Shown: positions 25,240-38,992, numbered from the stretch's first letter. The stretch: DNA of 64,000 nucleotides from Sminthopsis crassicaudata (GCF_048593235.1 NC_133619.1:43042454-43106453), one strand, 5' to 3'. Numbers and translations: made by a program. Notes: generated from the letters alone by a model not told the origin.

Positions 25240-26240
25240 GTCAACAAGTTTAACAAGTATTTATTAAGTGCTGTGTACTAAGAGAAGATATAAAAAAAGG
25301 TAAGCACAATCCTTTCCCTCAAGCAACTCAGTCTGATAAACCTGAATATGCTCAATTAAAGGTAGTCTCAAAGACTGGAGATGAGCAAAGTCATTAACAT
25401 TGGAGAAAGGGCAGGTGGTTGGGGAATCCAGTCATAAATTGTTACTGATGGCAGGATTTGAATCCAGGAATCGGAGATGAGAAAAATCCAGTCAGGGGAA
25501 ATAGCCAGTGAAAAGATGTGGAGAGTATGTGAAATGGATAGCAAGTGGTCTAGCTAGGCTATTGGCCCTGTACCATAAAGTGTGCGGAAAGGAATCAAGT
25601 ACAAGAAGGCTGGAAAGTTAGGAAAGAACCAAGTTGTAAAGATCTTTAAAGTCAAATAATGGAATTTATCTGTATTTTATATAAAAGAGATAGTTACTAT
25701 AATTCATTTGATTGTGGAGGCAATAGGGATACACAGGAGTTAATTGATTGAATGGAGCAGAGGGTAACACAGTTAGACTAGCATTTGAAAATCACTTGGA
25801 TAGCTGGGGTGGGGAGGACTGATGCAAGGACAACCAGACAACTATTACAAAAGTTCAGTCATTGAATGAAGAGAACCTACACCAGAGTGGTGATGGTATA
25901 AGACATATCAATTATCAAGGAAGGAGCCAAAAGAATTTGGCAATAGATTGGCCATGTGGGGAAAGTGAGAGTATGTGGGGAAAGTATGAAGCCTGGGTGA
26001 CTTAGAGGATGCTCTTGACAGTGATAGTAATTCAGAAGATTTGTAGTGGAAGATAATAAGTTCAACTTGGGACGTGTTGAGCTTAGGATGTCTTTGGGAC
26101 ATTCAGTTCAAGAAGCCCAGTGAGCAATTTGAAATATGAAACAGGAGGTCAGGAGAAAGATTAAGGCTAGAAAAATAGTTGTAAGAATCATCTGCATAGG
26201 AATGATAATTGAATCTCTGAGAGCTAATGAAATCACTGAA
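25240..26240 (-). mobile_element. L2 LINE 3' fragment; ends approximate
   Basis: Antisense L2 3' end (caacaagt...atttattaagtgc) followed by L2 body (aagttcaacttgggacgtgttgag). Confidence 0.6.
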
Positions 26241-26324
26241 GAAGACTGGTGCGTGTGTATACACACATATATATGTATACATACACACCCATAAGTACAC
26301 GCACAATACATATCCAATTATATA

Positions 26325-26325
<1 letters not shown>

Positions 26326-26371
<46 letters not shown>
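26326..26371. repeat. (GT)n microsatellite
   Basis: Direct reading. Confidence 0.95.
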
Positions 26372-26372
<1 letters not shown>

Positions 26373-28408
26373 ACACCGGACCCTCTGACAGCATTTATAT
26401 AGGGCAGCCTCTGATAAGGAAACTCCATCCATGGAAATTGGTACCTTCTCTGGAACTTCCAATCTGAGAGCTGCCTAGATCCAGCAGCTGAGAATTTAAG
26501 TAATTTGCCCAGGGTCACACAACCAAGAAGTATCAAAGGCAGAACTCAGCTCTTCTGGCACTAAGGCCAGCTATTACATAGCTAGGTAACATAGTTGTAT
26601 TTTCTGCTTCTGAAAAAGCATTTGATTCATTAAAGCAAAAGACCATCTTAAAAGTTCTCTTCCAACAAGATCACTCTCATACACACGCCAGAGTCATTCC
26701 AGATTCCTTAAATGATCAAATAATAAAAATAACCTTGTTTGATAACACACTGATTGTAAACTTTAGGCAAGGCACAAAACAGGGAGATATATATTTACAC
26801 TTCTTCACTGTGATGAAATTTGGATGTTGAAATCTTCCAGTTATTTCTGTTCATGAATAGCATTGTTTTAGTTGCATCAAGCCCCAAAATATTTTGGTGC
26901 TTCCTGCATATAGAAAAGATCAAATGAATAAAGAAGGTCTGCTGGTCATATTATGACAAGTAGTTGGATATACAACCTAGAGAGCTTGTCTACCAGCAGG
27001 TATAGCTGGAATGGATGGTATAAATAGAAAAAATGTTCAATTGAAAATGTAACAGGTGAAGAGTAAATTAGACTGCCTTCCCTTTCCCCCCCATTTTAAT
27101 ATTAATATTTTATTACTATTTTACGGTTGTAAGATATAGATCACCATAGTCTCTGAGACTAAAGAAAAGGTATTTGGCAATATGTAACTCATGAGGAACT
27201 TTGAAGAACAAGAGAAAATAGATCATCAGGGAAATATGCATTATGGGAAGAGAAGTTGGACATGTCATATGGAGAAAGCAAGAGAAGATAGGTGATATAC
27301 TACATGCTTCACTGGTATCCTCCAAATTTCAGGGAAAAATCTGAAAAGTCCTAGTTCATTGGCTCTCTCCCTGTGGAGTATTTGTGGGAAGATATTGATA
27401 TGAATCATGAATATGAGCAAGCCTTTTTTTTTATTACTAGAGGAAGCATAAAAATTGATAGGATCCTTTATCCATTGGAATACTTGAGTATATCTTTTGT
27501 ATTCCTTGCATGTAGCATGGTATTTGACATATAGCAAACACTTAATGCTTACTGATTTACTGACTTTAACTTCAAATCTAAACTCTTTTGATATTTCATT
27601 GAATTTTTCATAGACATAATTTCTTAAAATACAATAAAAGTTAATTCTGTTAAAAATCTATAGTTGTTCAGCCATTCTCCAACTGATGGACACTTAATTT
27701 TTTTCTAGTTTACTAGTACTGCTAGGGATATTTTAAACAGATCTCTTCTCTTATCAATAATCTCCTTGGAATATAGGTCAAAATAGTGGGATTACTAGTT
27801 AAAGGGTATTGACATTATAGTAACTCATTATTTATTTTTATATTGCTTTCCAAAGGTTGGACTAATTCATAAGAACAGTGTAATAGCATAGCTATTTTAT
27901 CACGGTCTCACCAGAATTTCATTTATCATCTTTTATTCTTTTTGTCAATTTTTCAAGGTCAGGTAGAAATTGAGAATTCTTGTAATTTTCATATTTTAAA
28001 TTTTAGATATTCTGAACATTTTTTCATGTTTTTCTTCACAATTTGTTGTTGTTTTTTTCTATAGAGAAATACCTACTAATACCCTTTGATCACTTAGCAA
28101 CTGGAGAATAACTATTGTATAAGTTGCTTCAGTTCCTTATTAAAAAATTTTAAATGACATATTTTTAGAAGTAGTCAATGTGATGTTTCCTCTAATCAAT
28201 TAGGCTTTTTCTTTATTACATTGTTTATGTTGTATAAAATTTTTATTTTTATATATGCAAATTTATTTTATCTCAGATAATTTCTTATAAGTAACTTGTT
28301 AAGAATTTATGCCTCTCTACAATTGTGAAAGATAAAATTTCCCCCCTCCTCTTTTTTCATGATGTTATTTTGACTCTTTTGAAATTTATCTGTTAAGAAG
28401 TTATAATT

Positions 28409-28751
28409 TGTAAAGGGCTGAAACTCTTGAGTTAATGCACTGAGGTTGGAACAATCAAGCTCTAAAGGCTAATTACTGATTGGACAATATAAGAATATGC
28501 TTGGAGAATGGCCCTTCCCACTATCCTGTGCTGGCCCAATCGTTTAGTGTATACAGAGAATTGTAGGAGGGACTAAGGGGTGGAGTAAGACTAGCCAGAG
28601 TCACTTCTGGGTGGGAGATGAAGAGGTGAGGTTGTGGAGATCCTGCATCCATACCCTTGACTTGTACCACTAAAGACCAAGAATCAAGACTTTTGCTTAT
28701 CCTGACTCTGGCCAATTCTAAGGTATCCAGGGTGCTAATGAGGTCATCACA
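28409..28751 (+). mobile_element. Solo LTR of an endogenous retrovirus (343 bp)
   Basis: Starts TG (tgtaaagggc), ends CA (catcaca), flanked by a perfect 6-bp TSD ATAATT (28403-28408, 28752-28757). It is GC-richer than the flanks and has a degenerate poly(A) signal (AATCAA, 28681-28686). Confidence 0.8.
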
Positions 28752-29556
28752 ATAATTATTATAGGAAAAGCCATCAAAGAAAAAGAAATATACTTCCAGT
28801 ATGATATTGAAAGACGACTGCTCATGTAGTGTCATTGAGTGAGCATTCTCACATTTAGGCTAATGATCTCTCAGACCGTCTTCAGTAGAAGAATTCCTGG
28901 GTGGTACTAATCATTTTCTGCTGATCTGTATCTTGGAAAATAAAGTGAACTTTGAATCAGTCAGGATTCAAGACCAGATATCACATAAAACTGAAATCAG
29001 TTATGTGACTGTTTTATCAGACCACAGGGAAGAGCTCTATAGAGGCTGTAGGAAAATCCAATGTTTGGTATTCCAACGAATTGCACGCAACTCATTTGTT
29101 GGTGTTCATTTTGTGTTTGAAGATAATCTTATTCTAATAGTCAGTTGAGTGAATATCTAATGGCCATTGGCCAATAAATCAGGAACCAGAAAAGGTAGAA
29201 ATGCCAAAGTGTTATTTCCCCATGGACAAGTTAAATATTTGAATATTCTTAAGTATTGCAGAACAAAATATATATGGCAAACATTGAGTATGTTGCAAAT
29301 CCATAGTTATATTTACTCAATATAATTGACTTTATGGTTTCATCAGTTTTTTCTTCATTCTCAATTCTCTTAATTTCTCCTTTGACCTTAGCAATTTTAA
29401 AATTTAGTCTTGTTTAAAGTATACAAATTTATTTTCTAATTCTTAGAACTACATTCATTAAACTTGCCTTCTTATATTTAATATGTATTTAGGGAAATAC
29501 ATTGTCTTCTAAGAATTGTTTTAGTTGCATCACACAAAATTTGGTGTTATTAGTTT

Positions 29557-29790
29557 GGTTGTTTTTAGTCATGTCCCACTCTTCGTGACATCATTTAGAG
29601 TTTTCTTAGCAGAGATACAAGAGTGCATTTCCTTCTCTAGCTCACTTTACAGATGAGGAAGTTGAGGCACAGAGTTAAATAACTCACCCAGGATCTCACA
29701 GCTAATAAATGTCTGAATTCAGATTTGAATTCAGAAGATGAATGCTCCTGACTCTGGGCCTACCATTTTATCCAACTGCACTACCTAATG
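29557..29790 (+). mobile_element. Mar1-type CORE-SINE inserted in an old antisense L1; ends approximate
   Basis: ttgtttttagtcatgtcccactcttcgtgacatcattt...ttttcttagcagagatacaagagt...cagatgaggaag...gatttgaattcag. Confidence 0.7.
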
Positions 29791-31538
29791 GTCCAATATG
29801 TTATATAATTATTGTAATTATCCTTGATATAATTTTAAATTTTTCCTTTAATTTAGACTTTGACTCATTTGACTTTCATTCACTCTCAATCAAGTGATTT
29901 TTCATCTTAACTAGACCTACTTTTTATCACACTTTTTATAGATTTTTTTATTGTGCTCATTGATTACTATTTTAATTATGGAATAGTTTATGGAATTTAA
30001 GTATCATTTAATCATTTAAATTTATAGAAATAACATTTGTGAGGTTTGTATTTATTTATAGATTCTTTATATCTTGTGGTATGATCAATTTAAAAAATAT
30101 TCTAGGAACATTTGAAGAAAAAAATAGATTATCAATTAAATTCATTCAGTTATCTCCATATATGTATCAGATCTGTTTTTTCCAGCATTCTTTCTCTACA
30201 TATGGTATATATGTCACACATGGATATGATATACATAAATATATCCTGTGTAGATGATGTATGTAAAATAAATATATCAACTCCTGCTCTATCACTTGAT
30301 ATCACAATAATTTAATAATCCTCAGAAAATTTATTCACATTTAATAACATTTGTTATGTCTCCATCCAATAATTCCACCATTCATATTCACTGAGACATT
30401 CTCAAGGCCTAACTTAATATGGTGCTACAATCTTTGTGTAACCTTTACATAGACTTTTCCTCTATCAGTTTAATGATTCAGAGTTTTACTTGGTCGACCC
30501 TGTTGATCTGCATAACAAATTTCTGGAGTGGTTTCTCCTCGGAATCACCTGAAGATCTGTCACTCTGAGGAATTGCATATCAACGGCTCTAGATGCTTTT
30601 GATTTTTCTAATTAAAAAAAAGTAACTCTTGGAAATGTTGTTAGGAATAATGTAAAGAACTCAGGATTTGGAGTCAGAAGTCATAGGTTTGATATTGAAT
30701 AAGTCCATCAGCTTTGTAGACCTCAGTTTCCTCATCTATAAAATGAATGAACCAGACTAGACACCGTGTAAGATTCCTTCCAATGCCAAATCTAGTATCC
30801 TGTGATCTTTATAGAACCTTTTAAGTGGTATGGTTACTGTAACCTACATATACTTCTCAAACCAATGCTGATTTATTGGAGTCCGTTCTCGTTGCAGAGT
30901 ACCCATTCACTAATAATGAAGCAATCATTTGTATCATTTGTCTCCCATGTATCAAATGCCATGGAACCAGAGTTTGGTATATGCATTAGTGCCTGGCAAG
31001 GAGTCCACCCAGACTTGATTATGACAAATGTTTATCTTTGTTTCAGTGAAACCCCAAATGAAGCTACAAAATATAATCCTTGAGTCAAAAGTTATCACAA
31101 CACAAACGACAATTTGTCAGCTCTAAGTTCTATAGATTCTAGCCAGGAAAAGATGAGACAAATGTATCTGAATCCATCTAGTGTGCTCATTCAGACCCCC
31201 TTTGAAAGCACAAGCATAATTTTTAAAAATTCAGCAAAGGAAAATCTTACTGAAAGGTGAAAGAAAACAGAAGATTGGAAAAGAAAGGCAATCTTCAGTG
31301 TGCTGTTATCTCCCCAAAATCTTTATCTCAGAAATCTTAAGTCATAGAACCCTAGAATCTCAGTATTTGGAAGGAATCTCAGAAATAATCTTGTCAAGCT
31401 CACATTTGAAGGAGAAAATCCATTATGATATGGATTCCTAAAATTGTAAACTTATATTTTGATAACTATTTCAAAATAATTGTTTTTCTTTTGTAATTTT
31501 TCATATTTTATGTTATGCACTTAAAATATTAAATGGAA

Positions 31539-31700
31539 GGGGAGCCAAGTGGCACAGTGGATAGAGCACCAGCACTGAAGTCAGGAGGATCTGAGTCCAA
31601 ATCTGAACTCAGACACTTAACATTTCCTAGCTGTGTGACCCTGGGCACGTCACTTAACTCCAATTGCCTCAGAAAGAGATATATATATATATATATATAT
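31539..31700 (+). mobile_element. tRNA-derived marsupial SINE (WSINE1-type) with (AT)n tail, inserted in a hAT-Charlie-like MITE remnant
   Basis: Pol III A box TGGCACAGTGG at 31550-31560; same body as the copy at 718-869. The flanks resemble a MER3/MER33-type hAT element. Confidence 0.85.
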
Positions 31701-33084
31701 ACATATGAAAAAGGTCCTTAAGCTTTATCAGACCACAAAGGGATCACCAAAAAAGAATAAGGATCTACAACGTATCCAAAGTAGTCTCTGTGCCTAATTT
31801 TCACAGGCTTTCTTCACATTACTCTCACTGATGCTGGGCCATCAACAGTCGTCTTGACTTTTGTCTTGTCATCCCATTCCAGTGGCTATGGAGGAGACCT
31901 CGCTTAATTCCTCAATTAAAAATAATTCGTCATCTTCATGATGTCCTTAGTCCTCTTTGAGAAGAAAGGAGAAGGATGAGCAACAACTCTCATTTATGTA
32001 CCTTATGCTACCATAAAACTATCCTGCTTCCTATTCCCTGAATTCACCATTCAAGTTCCTGTTTGGTCATGGATGAGAAGCATTTCCTAGGCACTTGGTC
32101 CCTAAGTGTTAAGGCTTATTCTTGCCTTACCATGTATGTATGTACCTGCTCATGGTTTTTATTGTCCAGTGCAGGAAATCAGGAAGAATCGGGACTATTT
32201 AATTTTTGTTGTTTTTGTTGTTGTTTTGTTTTGGCCACAGTATTCAGAAAAGTGTCTGGCACATTTACTTAATAAAAACTTGTTAATTGTTTGGTTGGGT
32301 GGGTGGATGTATTGAAGTGGGGGTGGTGATTTAGTTCTAGCCGAAAAGAAGAGGATAATTAAGGTAGCATGACTGTGAAAGCTATAAATTAACATAGTTT
32401 TTTTTCTGAGTAAATATTTATGGCATCTGATTGGACCAGTTTTGCTTCTNNNNNNNNNNNNNNNNNNNNNNNNNNNNNNNNNNNNNNNNNNNNNNNNNNN
32501 NNNNNNNNNNNNNNNNNNNNNNNNNNNNNNNNNNNNNNNNNNNNNNNNNNNNNNNNNNNNNNNNNNNNNNNNNNNNNNNNNNNNNNNNNNNNNNTCAAAA
32601 TAATTGGCAAAGTTGGGTGCATACTGGGTCCTAATGTAGATCTGAGAATTCCACCATTTAAGAAGCAATGAGAAGAGAATAGTTTAACTATCAAAGAGGC
32701 TGGTATCATGGTTTTGAGTTTCATGAAGTTCTGCCCTAGAAAAATGAACAGCAGGAACAATTTGGAAAAATGGTACAAATACACCTAAAGTTTGGAGGAT
32801 CAGTACATCAATAAGCATTTTCAAATGCTCCTATGTGCCAAACATTACCTAAATCCTCTGGACAGGAAGAAAGATCAGATATGGTATTTGCTCTCTAAAG
32901 CTTATGTTCTAATGAGGAAAGGAGGACAGGAGAGAAGATTGGATATAAATAACTGTTAGACAAATAAAAGTTTAAACAAGTAATAAGGAAAGTAAATAGA
33001 GGGTGATCTCAAAGGGAAGGCACTAGGTGGGGAGAGAATAAGGGAAGTCAATTATTATCTCTACAGAAATAACTTATAAATCTA

Positions 33085-33925
33085 TGTATGCAGACACCAT
33101 TCTCTCCTGAGTTCCAGTCTCACATTCCATTGGCATCTCAAACTCAACTTATTCAAACTTGAATTCATTATTTCTCCTCTAAATGATCCAAATTCCCCAT
33201 TTCTGTTGAGGATGCCATCATATTCTCTCTTCCCTTCTCTTATCTGCTGCCTAGTCTTGTTGCTTCTATTTCCATAACATCTCTTATCTGTCCTTTTTCC
33301 ACTTAAATATCACCTTCCTAGTTCATATTTGCAGTAGCTCTTACCAGTTTACTGTATTAGTATCCTAGTTGGTTTTTCCCCCTCCAGTGAATCTCCTTCT
33401 GATGTTTTGTACACAACTGCCAAATTTATACCGCTAAAACACAGATCTGATCTATTTTCCAGAAGCTTCAGCAACTTCTTGTTGATTCTAGGATAAAATA
33501 CAAACAACACTGTCTGACATTTAAAATTCTTAACACTATGGCTCCAGTCCATGCTTCCAGGCTGATTATTCATTTCTTTCTTTCCTGCATTTTAGGCTGG
33601 CCAGAATGGGCTCCTTTATAACTCCTCATATCTACCATTCATTCCTCACATGTATATCTGCACAGGTTGTCCCCAGTTCCTATAATGTTCCTCATTTCTG
33701 CCTTTTAGAATCTCTAATTCCCATTAAGGCTCAGTTGAGATGCCTTGTACAAGCCCTTTGCTCACCTCCTTCCTCCATTAGTTGTTAATGTTCCCCCACC
33801 TAAATGACTTTATATTTAGTCTGTCTATATTTATGTGATATTTCCCTGGTAGCATTTAAGCTAAGCTCCTTGAGGCAAGGAACTCTCCCCAGCATCCTCC
33901 AAATCCTTGTTGAATTGAATTGAAT
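33085..33925 (+). mobile_element. L2 LINE 3' fragment; ends approximate
   Basis: ctcctgagttccagtc...catctcaaactcaac...; ends in ttgttgaattgaattgaat. Confidence 0.65.
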
Positions 33926-34959
33926 AAGCAATTGATGAGGTTAGATCAGTCATGGAAGACTTTATGGAGTGAGACAGAGATTGTCCAGGACAAAAGCAAC
34001 TGAACAGTTTGAGGAATGGTATCAGGGGTTATAAGTCAAGGTGTGGCTATAGAAATGAACATGTTATATTCAAGTAAATATCTTTGTAGGAGAAATTCAG
34101 TCTGAGATCCTATCTAAATTTATAAAACAAGCCAGAGAAATCTCCCCAAAACCTACTTTTTCTCTTAAACTCCTTAATCTCCTAAGCTTAAAAGCTTAAC
34201 ATTATCAGAAATATAATAGCAATATGAATGTATCATTAAATATTTCAACAATATCTCATAGTGAGGAAACACCAGAGTCACCTCTGACAATCATCTACAA
34301 CTCTTCTCAACTCTGAAAACACAATTCCACCATTCAGTTCTCTCAGGATGGCAATCAAAAGCTCTCAAAAAATCTCTTCAGTGTATCTTCTCTACAAGAC
34401 CAGTTCTCTCGCCTCTTCAGGCTCTTTTTGACAATTAATTCATATGGTCTTTCAGGAAAGACATTCTCTTAATCCTTTCAGTTTTCAAATACTTTCAAAT
34501 CAGGACAATTGATTACTTATTGACAGTTAAACTACATTTTCTCCAAGATTCTATTTCCTTTAAAAAGTCTAATAACTAATAAATTGTATTGGGGAGAGGG
34601 GCTTACCGAAGCTAAGTTTCATGCTGAGTTTGTTACTGAATTTTTTTACCTCTTAATTTTCTCAAGACGTTGGGGTATATGCTACAATTATTTTTATGGT
34701 GGTCTTTTTTTGTAAGATATCTGTCATGAATACTACAATATGAGATGACGAATTAGCTAATGAAATGATGTTTCTTATTGTCGTTAAATATACAATAAAA
34801 CTACATAATTAATTTCTTTGTTTATCTCTTTAAGGAGAATCTATGAGTCATACTAACACTTAGCTGTAATTTTCTTCTGGGTTTTGATTATAGTGACATG
34901 ATTGAAATGATTTGAGTTTTTATACTACAGAGTTTATTATCCTGCTGTCTGGTTCAGTC

Positions 34960-35010
34960 CCCAAATGGTTTGTGGATAGATCTCAGGACAGTCCATGAAC
35001 AGAAATAGGG

Positions 35011-35060
<50 letters not shown>

Positions 35061-35170
35061 CAATATAATTGCTTTCCTCCAAAATCCTATTTTTTTCATT
35101 TTATGCATTTAAAATATCATACTAAAAAGTGGTCCAAAGTTTTCATCAGACTACTCATGATACTCTCATT
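34960..35170. mobile_element. hAT-Charlie-like MITE remnant containing an (AT)n expansion; ends approximate
   Basis: tgtggatagat..gtccatgaac...caatataattgctttcc...ttttatgcatttaaaa resembles recalled MER3/MER33-type elements. Confidence 0.45.
35013..35058. repeat. (AT)n microsatellite
   Basis: Direct reading. Confidence 0.95.
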
Positions 35171-35829
35171 ATATACTCAACTCATTGGTCATTGACCAAA
35201 GATCTCAGAGAATCTTGTATCAAGTTTATTAACATCTACTTAGGAAAGTCCAAAAGGCTTAGGAAATCTGTTATCCATATTAACAAAGTTGGGTGAAAAT
35301 TCATAGAATGTATGTGTAATTTAGACAGGCATTACAAGTGGATAAATAGGGCCAAAATTAAACAGGAGGAAAAAGGGCTGAATTGACTCCAGGAAATTGA
35401 AAAGTTCTATAAATATGTAGAAATCTTATGGGACACCTGCCTCTGTAGATGTTACAGGGTCATCCTACTCTCCAAGTCCAATTCCCCAAAAAGCCACATC
35501 TCTTAAAGACCCAAAAAAGAAAGTTTTTGCCGCTAACACAAAGGGCACTGTTTAACATTAGAATTGATATGGTTTTATGAATGGAAATAATACCAAAGAA
35601 GATACAACAGACCTTCTGCTCTGCTGCTATACCCTCAATCCACTGGATTTTTCCATCTGGCCTACAGTTGAACTCTGCAGGATATGTTGTCTCCCTCTAT
35701 TTAATGAAAGCTTCTAGAGAATAAGGACTATATCACTTTTCTACCTATATGTCCAGTACTTTCTGTTCATTCATTCAAAATGCCTAGCTTCTCCTGGAAA
35801 CAAAGACTCTTTTGAAAAAATATCCCCAA

Positions 35830-36908
35830 GGCCTCATTTCCAAAATATATAGAGAACTGACCCTGATTTATAAGAAATCAAACCATTCTCCAATTGATAA
35901 ATGGTCAAAGGATATGAACAGACAATTCTCAGATGATGAAATTGAAACTATTTCCACTCATATGAAAGAGTGTTCCAAATCACTACTGATCAGAGAAATG
36001 CAAATTAAGACAACTCTGAGATACCACTACACACCTGTCAGATTGGCTAAGATGACAGGAACTAATAATGACCAATGTTGGAGGGGATGTGGGAGAACTG
36101 GGACACTGATGCATTGTTGGTGGAGTTGTGAAAGAATCCAGCCATTCTAGAGAGCAATCTGGAATTATGCCCAAAAAGTTATCAAACTGTGCATACCCTT
36201 TGACCCAGCAGTGCTACTATTGGGCTTATATCCCAAGGAAATACTAAAGATCTGAAAGGGACCTGTATGTGCCAGAATATGCAGCCCTTTTTGTCGTGGC
36301 TAGAAACTGGAAAATGAATGGATGTCCATCAGTTGGAGAATGGTTGGGTAAATTATGGTATATGAAGGTTATGGAATATTATTGCTCTGTCAGAAATGAC
36401 CAGCAGGAGGAATACAGAGAGGCCTGGAGAGACTTAAATCAACTGATGCTGAATGAAATGAGCAGAATCAGGAAATCATTATACACTTCAACTACAACAC
36501 TGTATGAGGATGTATTCTGATGGAAGTGGATATCTTCTACAAAGAGAAGATCTAATTCAGTTCCAAATGATCAATGATGGACAGAATCAGCTACACCCAG
36601 AAAAGGAACACTGGGAAATGAGTGTAAACTGGCATTTTTGTTTTTCTTCCCCGGTTATTTTTACCTTCTCAATCCAATTCTTCCTGTGCAACAAGAAATT
36701 TGGTTCTGCACACATATATTGTATCTAGGATATACTATAACACATTTAACATGTATGGGACTGCCTGCTATCTAGGGAAGATGGTGGAGAGGAGGGAAAA
36801 TTCAGAATAGAAGTGAGTGCAAGGGATAATGTTGTAAAAGATTACCCATGCATATGTACTGTTATAATTATAAAATAAAAAAGTAAAATAAGTAAAGAAA
36901 GAAAAAAG
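35830..36908 (+). mobile_element. Young 5'-truncated LINE-1 (ORF2 C-terminus, 3' UTR, A-rich tail)
   Basis: ORF 35812..36150 (GLISKIYREL...EMQIKTTLRYHYTPVRLAK...CWRGCG..GTLMHCWW) is the L1 ORF2 C-terminus. It has a TAG nonsense codon and a later frameshift. TSD AAAAATATCCCCAA at 35816-35829 and 36909-36922. Confidence 0.93.
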
Positions 36909-38896
36909 AAAAATATCCCCAATATTTATTGCATGACTATAAGACATGAAAAAGTCCCCAAAGAAAATGAATATAACACAGAGAACTACAGGAAGATAGA
37001 TGTGGAGTACATTAAAGAAAAACAGCTTTAAGGAAGAAATGGAGTAAAAGACATGAGAGATATATTGTTGAAGAAGAATGGGCCAGCCATCTGATTAGCA
37101 TAAGGGATGACAAACAGGTTCTCTATCTAGAAAAATTGAGAAAGGCTTCTAGTAAATTTGGTCATCCCTCTGAATTGAATAGATGAGAAAACGCAGACAA
37201 GAAACTCATAGGATAGGCAGGCATGAATAGGTTGTACTTTACATCTTGGGAGGGGACAAACACATCCTTGGGATCACAGAGCTCTTTGAGTCTTTGGGTA
37301 CCAATTTTCTGTTTCCATTTTTGTTTTGTGCTTCCTAGTCGTGAGGTGATTATTCTTGTCAGAAAAAAAACAAAGCAAAATACTTTTAAACCATTCTTTC
37401 AGTAGGCAAAGGCCCATATTGTTTTATAATATAGGAAGTACTACTACAGTAGGATCTTTCATTTAAAAAATCAAGATTCCTATTCATGTGACTAGAGACA
37501 GTAATTTTAGTCTCTGATCCAGTTTCTTCATCTATAAAATATGGGTGCCACTTTTAGGGTTGTCACAAAGAGATTACTTTGCAAACAATAAAATGCTAGA
37601 GAAAAAGCAGATCCTACTATTAATAAAGTATAGAAGGGTAATCTAGAAACACAGATATACAATACTCACATTGATTGATAATTATGTTCATTAGTAATTA
37701 ATTTGTTGGTTAATGGTGATGAAATTATATAAATCTGCACCCTTCATTTTTTCTTTGATTTTTCTGATTTCAGAAAAGAAAGATGGGCTCCAAGTTTCCC
37801 TTTAAGGTACTTGGAAAAAGATATGAAGGTCAAGTATAATGACAGTCAGCTCAAGTAAATATTACTATATCCTGAAGCTAGATATCAAGGATATGTATTC
37901 ATAAGCAAATAATATAGAGATGGACTGAAAACTCACTGAAGTCTTGTCTTCCAGGAAGCAGGAAGCAAAGGGTCAAAAAATATATCTAGAATAATGTCCA
38001 TATTCGGATGCCTTGCAATATCATTGAAAATTGTTTAAAAAATTGATTTCCTAAAGAAACAGTTGATTTGCCTAGACAACAAGTGAGGTAAACAAAAATG
38101 TAGCTGATTAATCAGAAATAGTATTGAAAACCATTGAGTTCTTTCAAAGTTGAGGATTCAAAAGTATGTCACCGTACCTGTTACTCTCTTAATGTACAAA
38201 TGTCTGAAAGCTGCAGGGTATTTTTTATTGATCCAATACACATTGATCAAATGTGGCACTAGTAGGATCAAAAGTTCAGGATTTCAATCTGGAAGGGACA
38301 TTGGAAATCATCTTGTTTTATAGATCAGGAAAATGAGTCCCAGAAGCATATACAATCCCACTGATAAACAAAAACAAGATTTGAATTCTGGTCTTCTTAA
38401 AGTGTGTGAGAATCACAGTACATAGATTGAAATAATTCAAGTAGAATTCTTGTACTCACAAAAGACTTTATTACACCAAAATGGTAGGCTAGCCTCTAAA
38501 GGAAATCTAGCAACTAGAGAAAATTTAAGGAGGTTTTATCACGTGGATGTTTCAACAAGGGAAAAATTGAGTTGTTTCCTGATAGAGGCTACCCAAAAAT
38601 GCCATCATCACTGAAAACTGAACAAAGACTTCTGGGACATCCAGTGTTTTTCTTCCACCAGTTTTTCAATCTAATTCCTGATAGGTGAGGCATCTTTAGT
38701 CAAATAAACATTGGATTTGGAGGCAAAAGTCCAGAAATTAAATCCTGACCGCCTTTTTTAATCTCTGGAAAGTAGCTTAAATTCTGTCTCAGTTCTGGAT
38801 ACATGCAAAGGATTTTTCCTAGCTTTAAAGCATCATTTTAAAGTCATTTTTAATTATCCAAATGAGAGATTTATAAGACATAACCACTGGGATCTC

Positions 38897-38992
38897 TTTA
38901 CAAGAATACCTTAATATTCAGGTTGGAGGCCAAAAGCTTTCTCCAGGGTAAGCTTTTGGCCTCCAACCTGAATATTAAGGTATTCTTGTAAA
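38897..38992. repeat. Perfect 43-bp inverted repeat with a 10-nt spacer
   Basis: Arm TTTACAAGAATACCTTAATATTCAGGTTGGAGGCCAAAAGCTT at 38897-38939, spacer TCTCCAGGGT, exact reverse complement at 38950-38992. Confidence 0.97.

Noticed and set aside
30463-30474. TATCAGTTTAAT, identical to part of U2 snRNA
   Set aside because: Only 12 nt match; the flanks do not continue into U2.
32286-32330. G-rich stretch as a G-quadruplex
   Set aside because: There are only three runs of three or more G, with a long loop; a weak candidate with no functional context.
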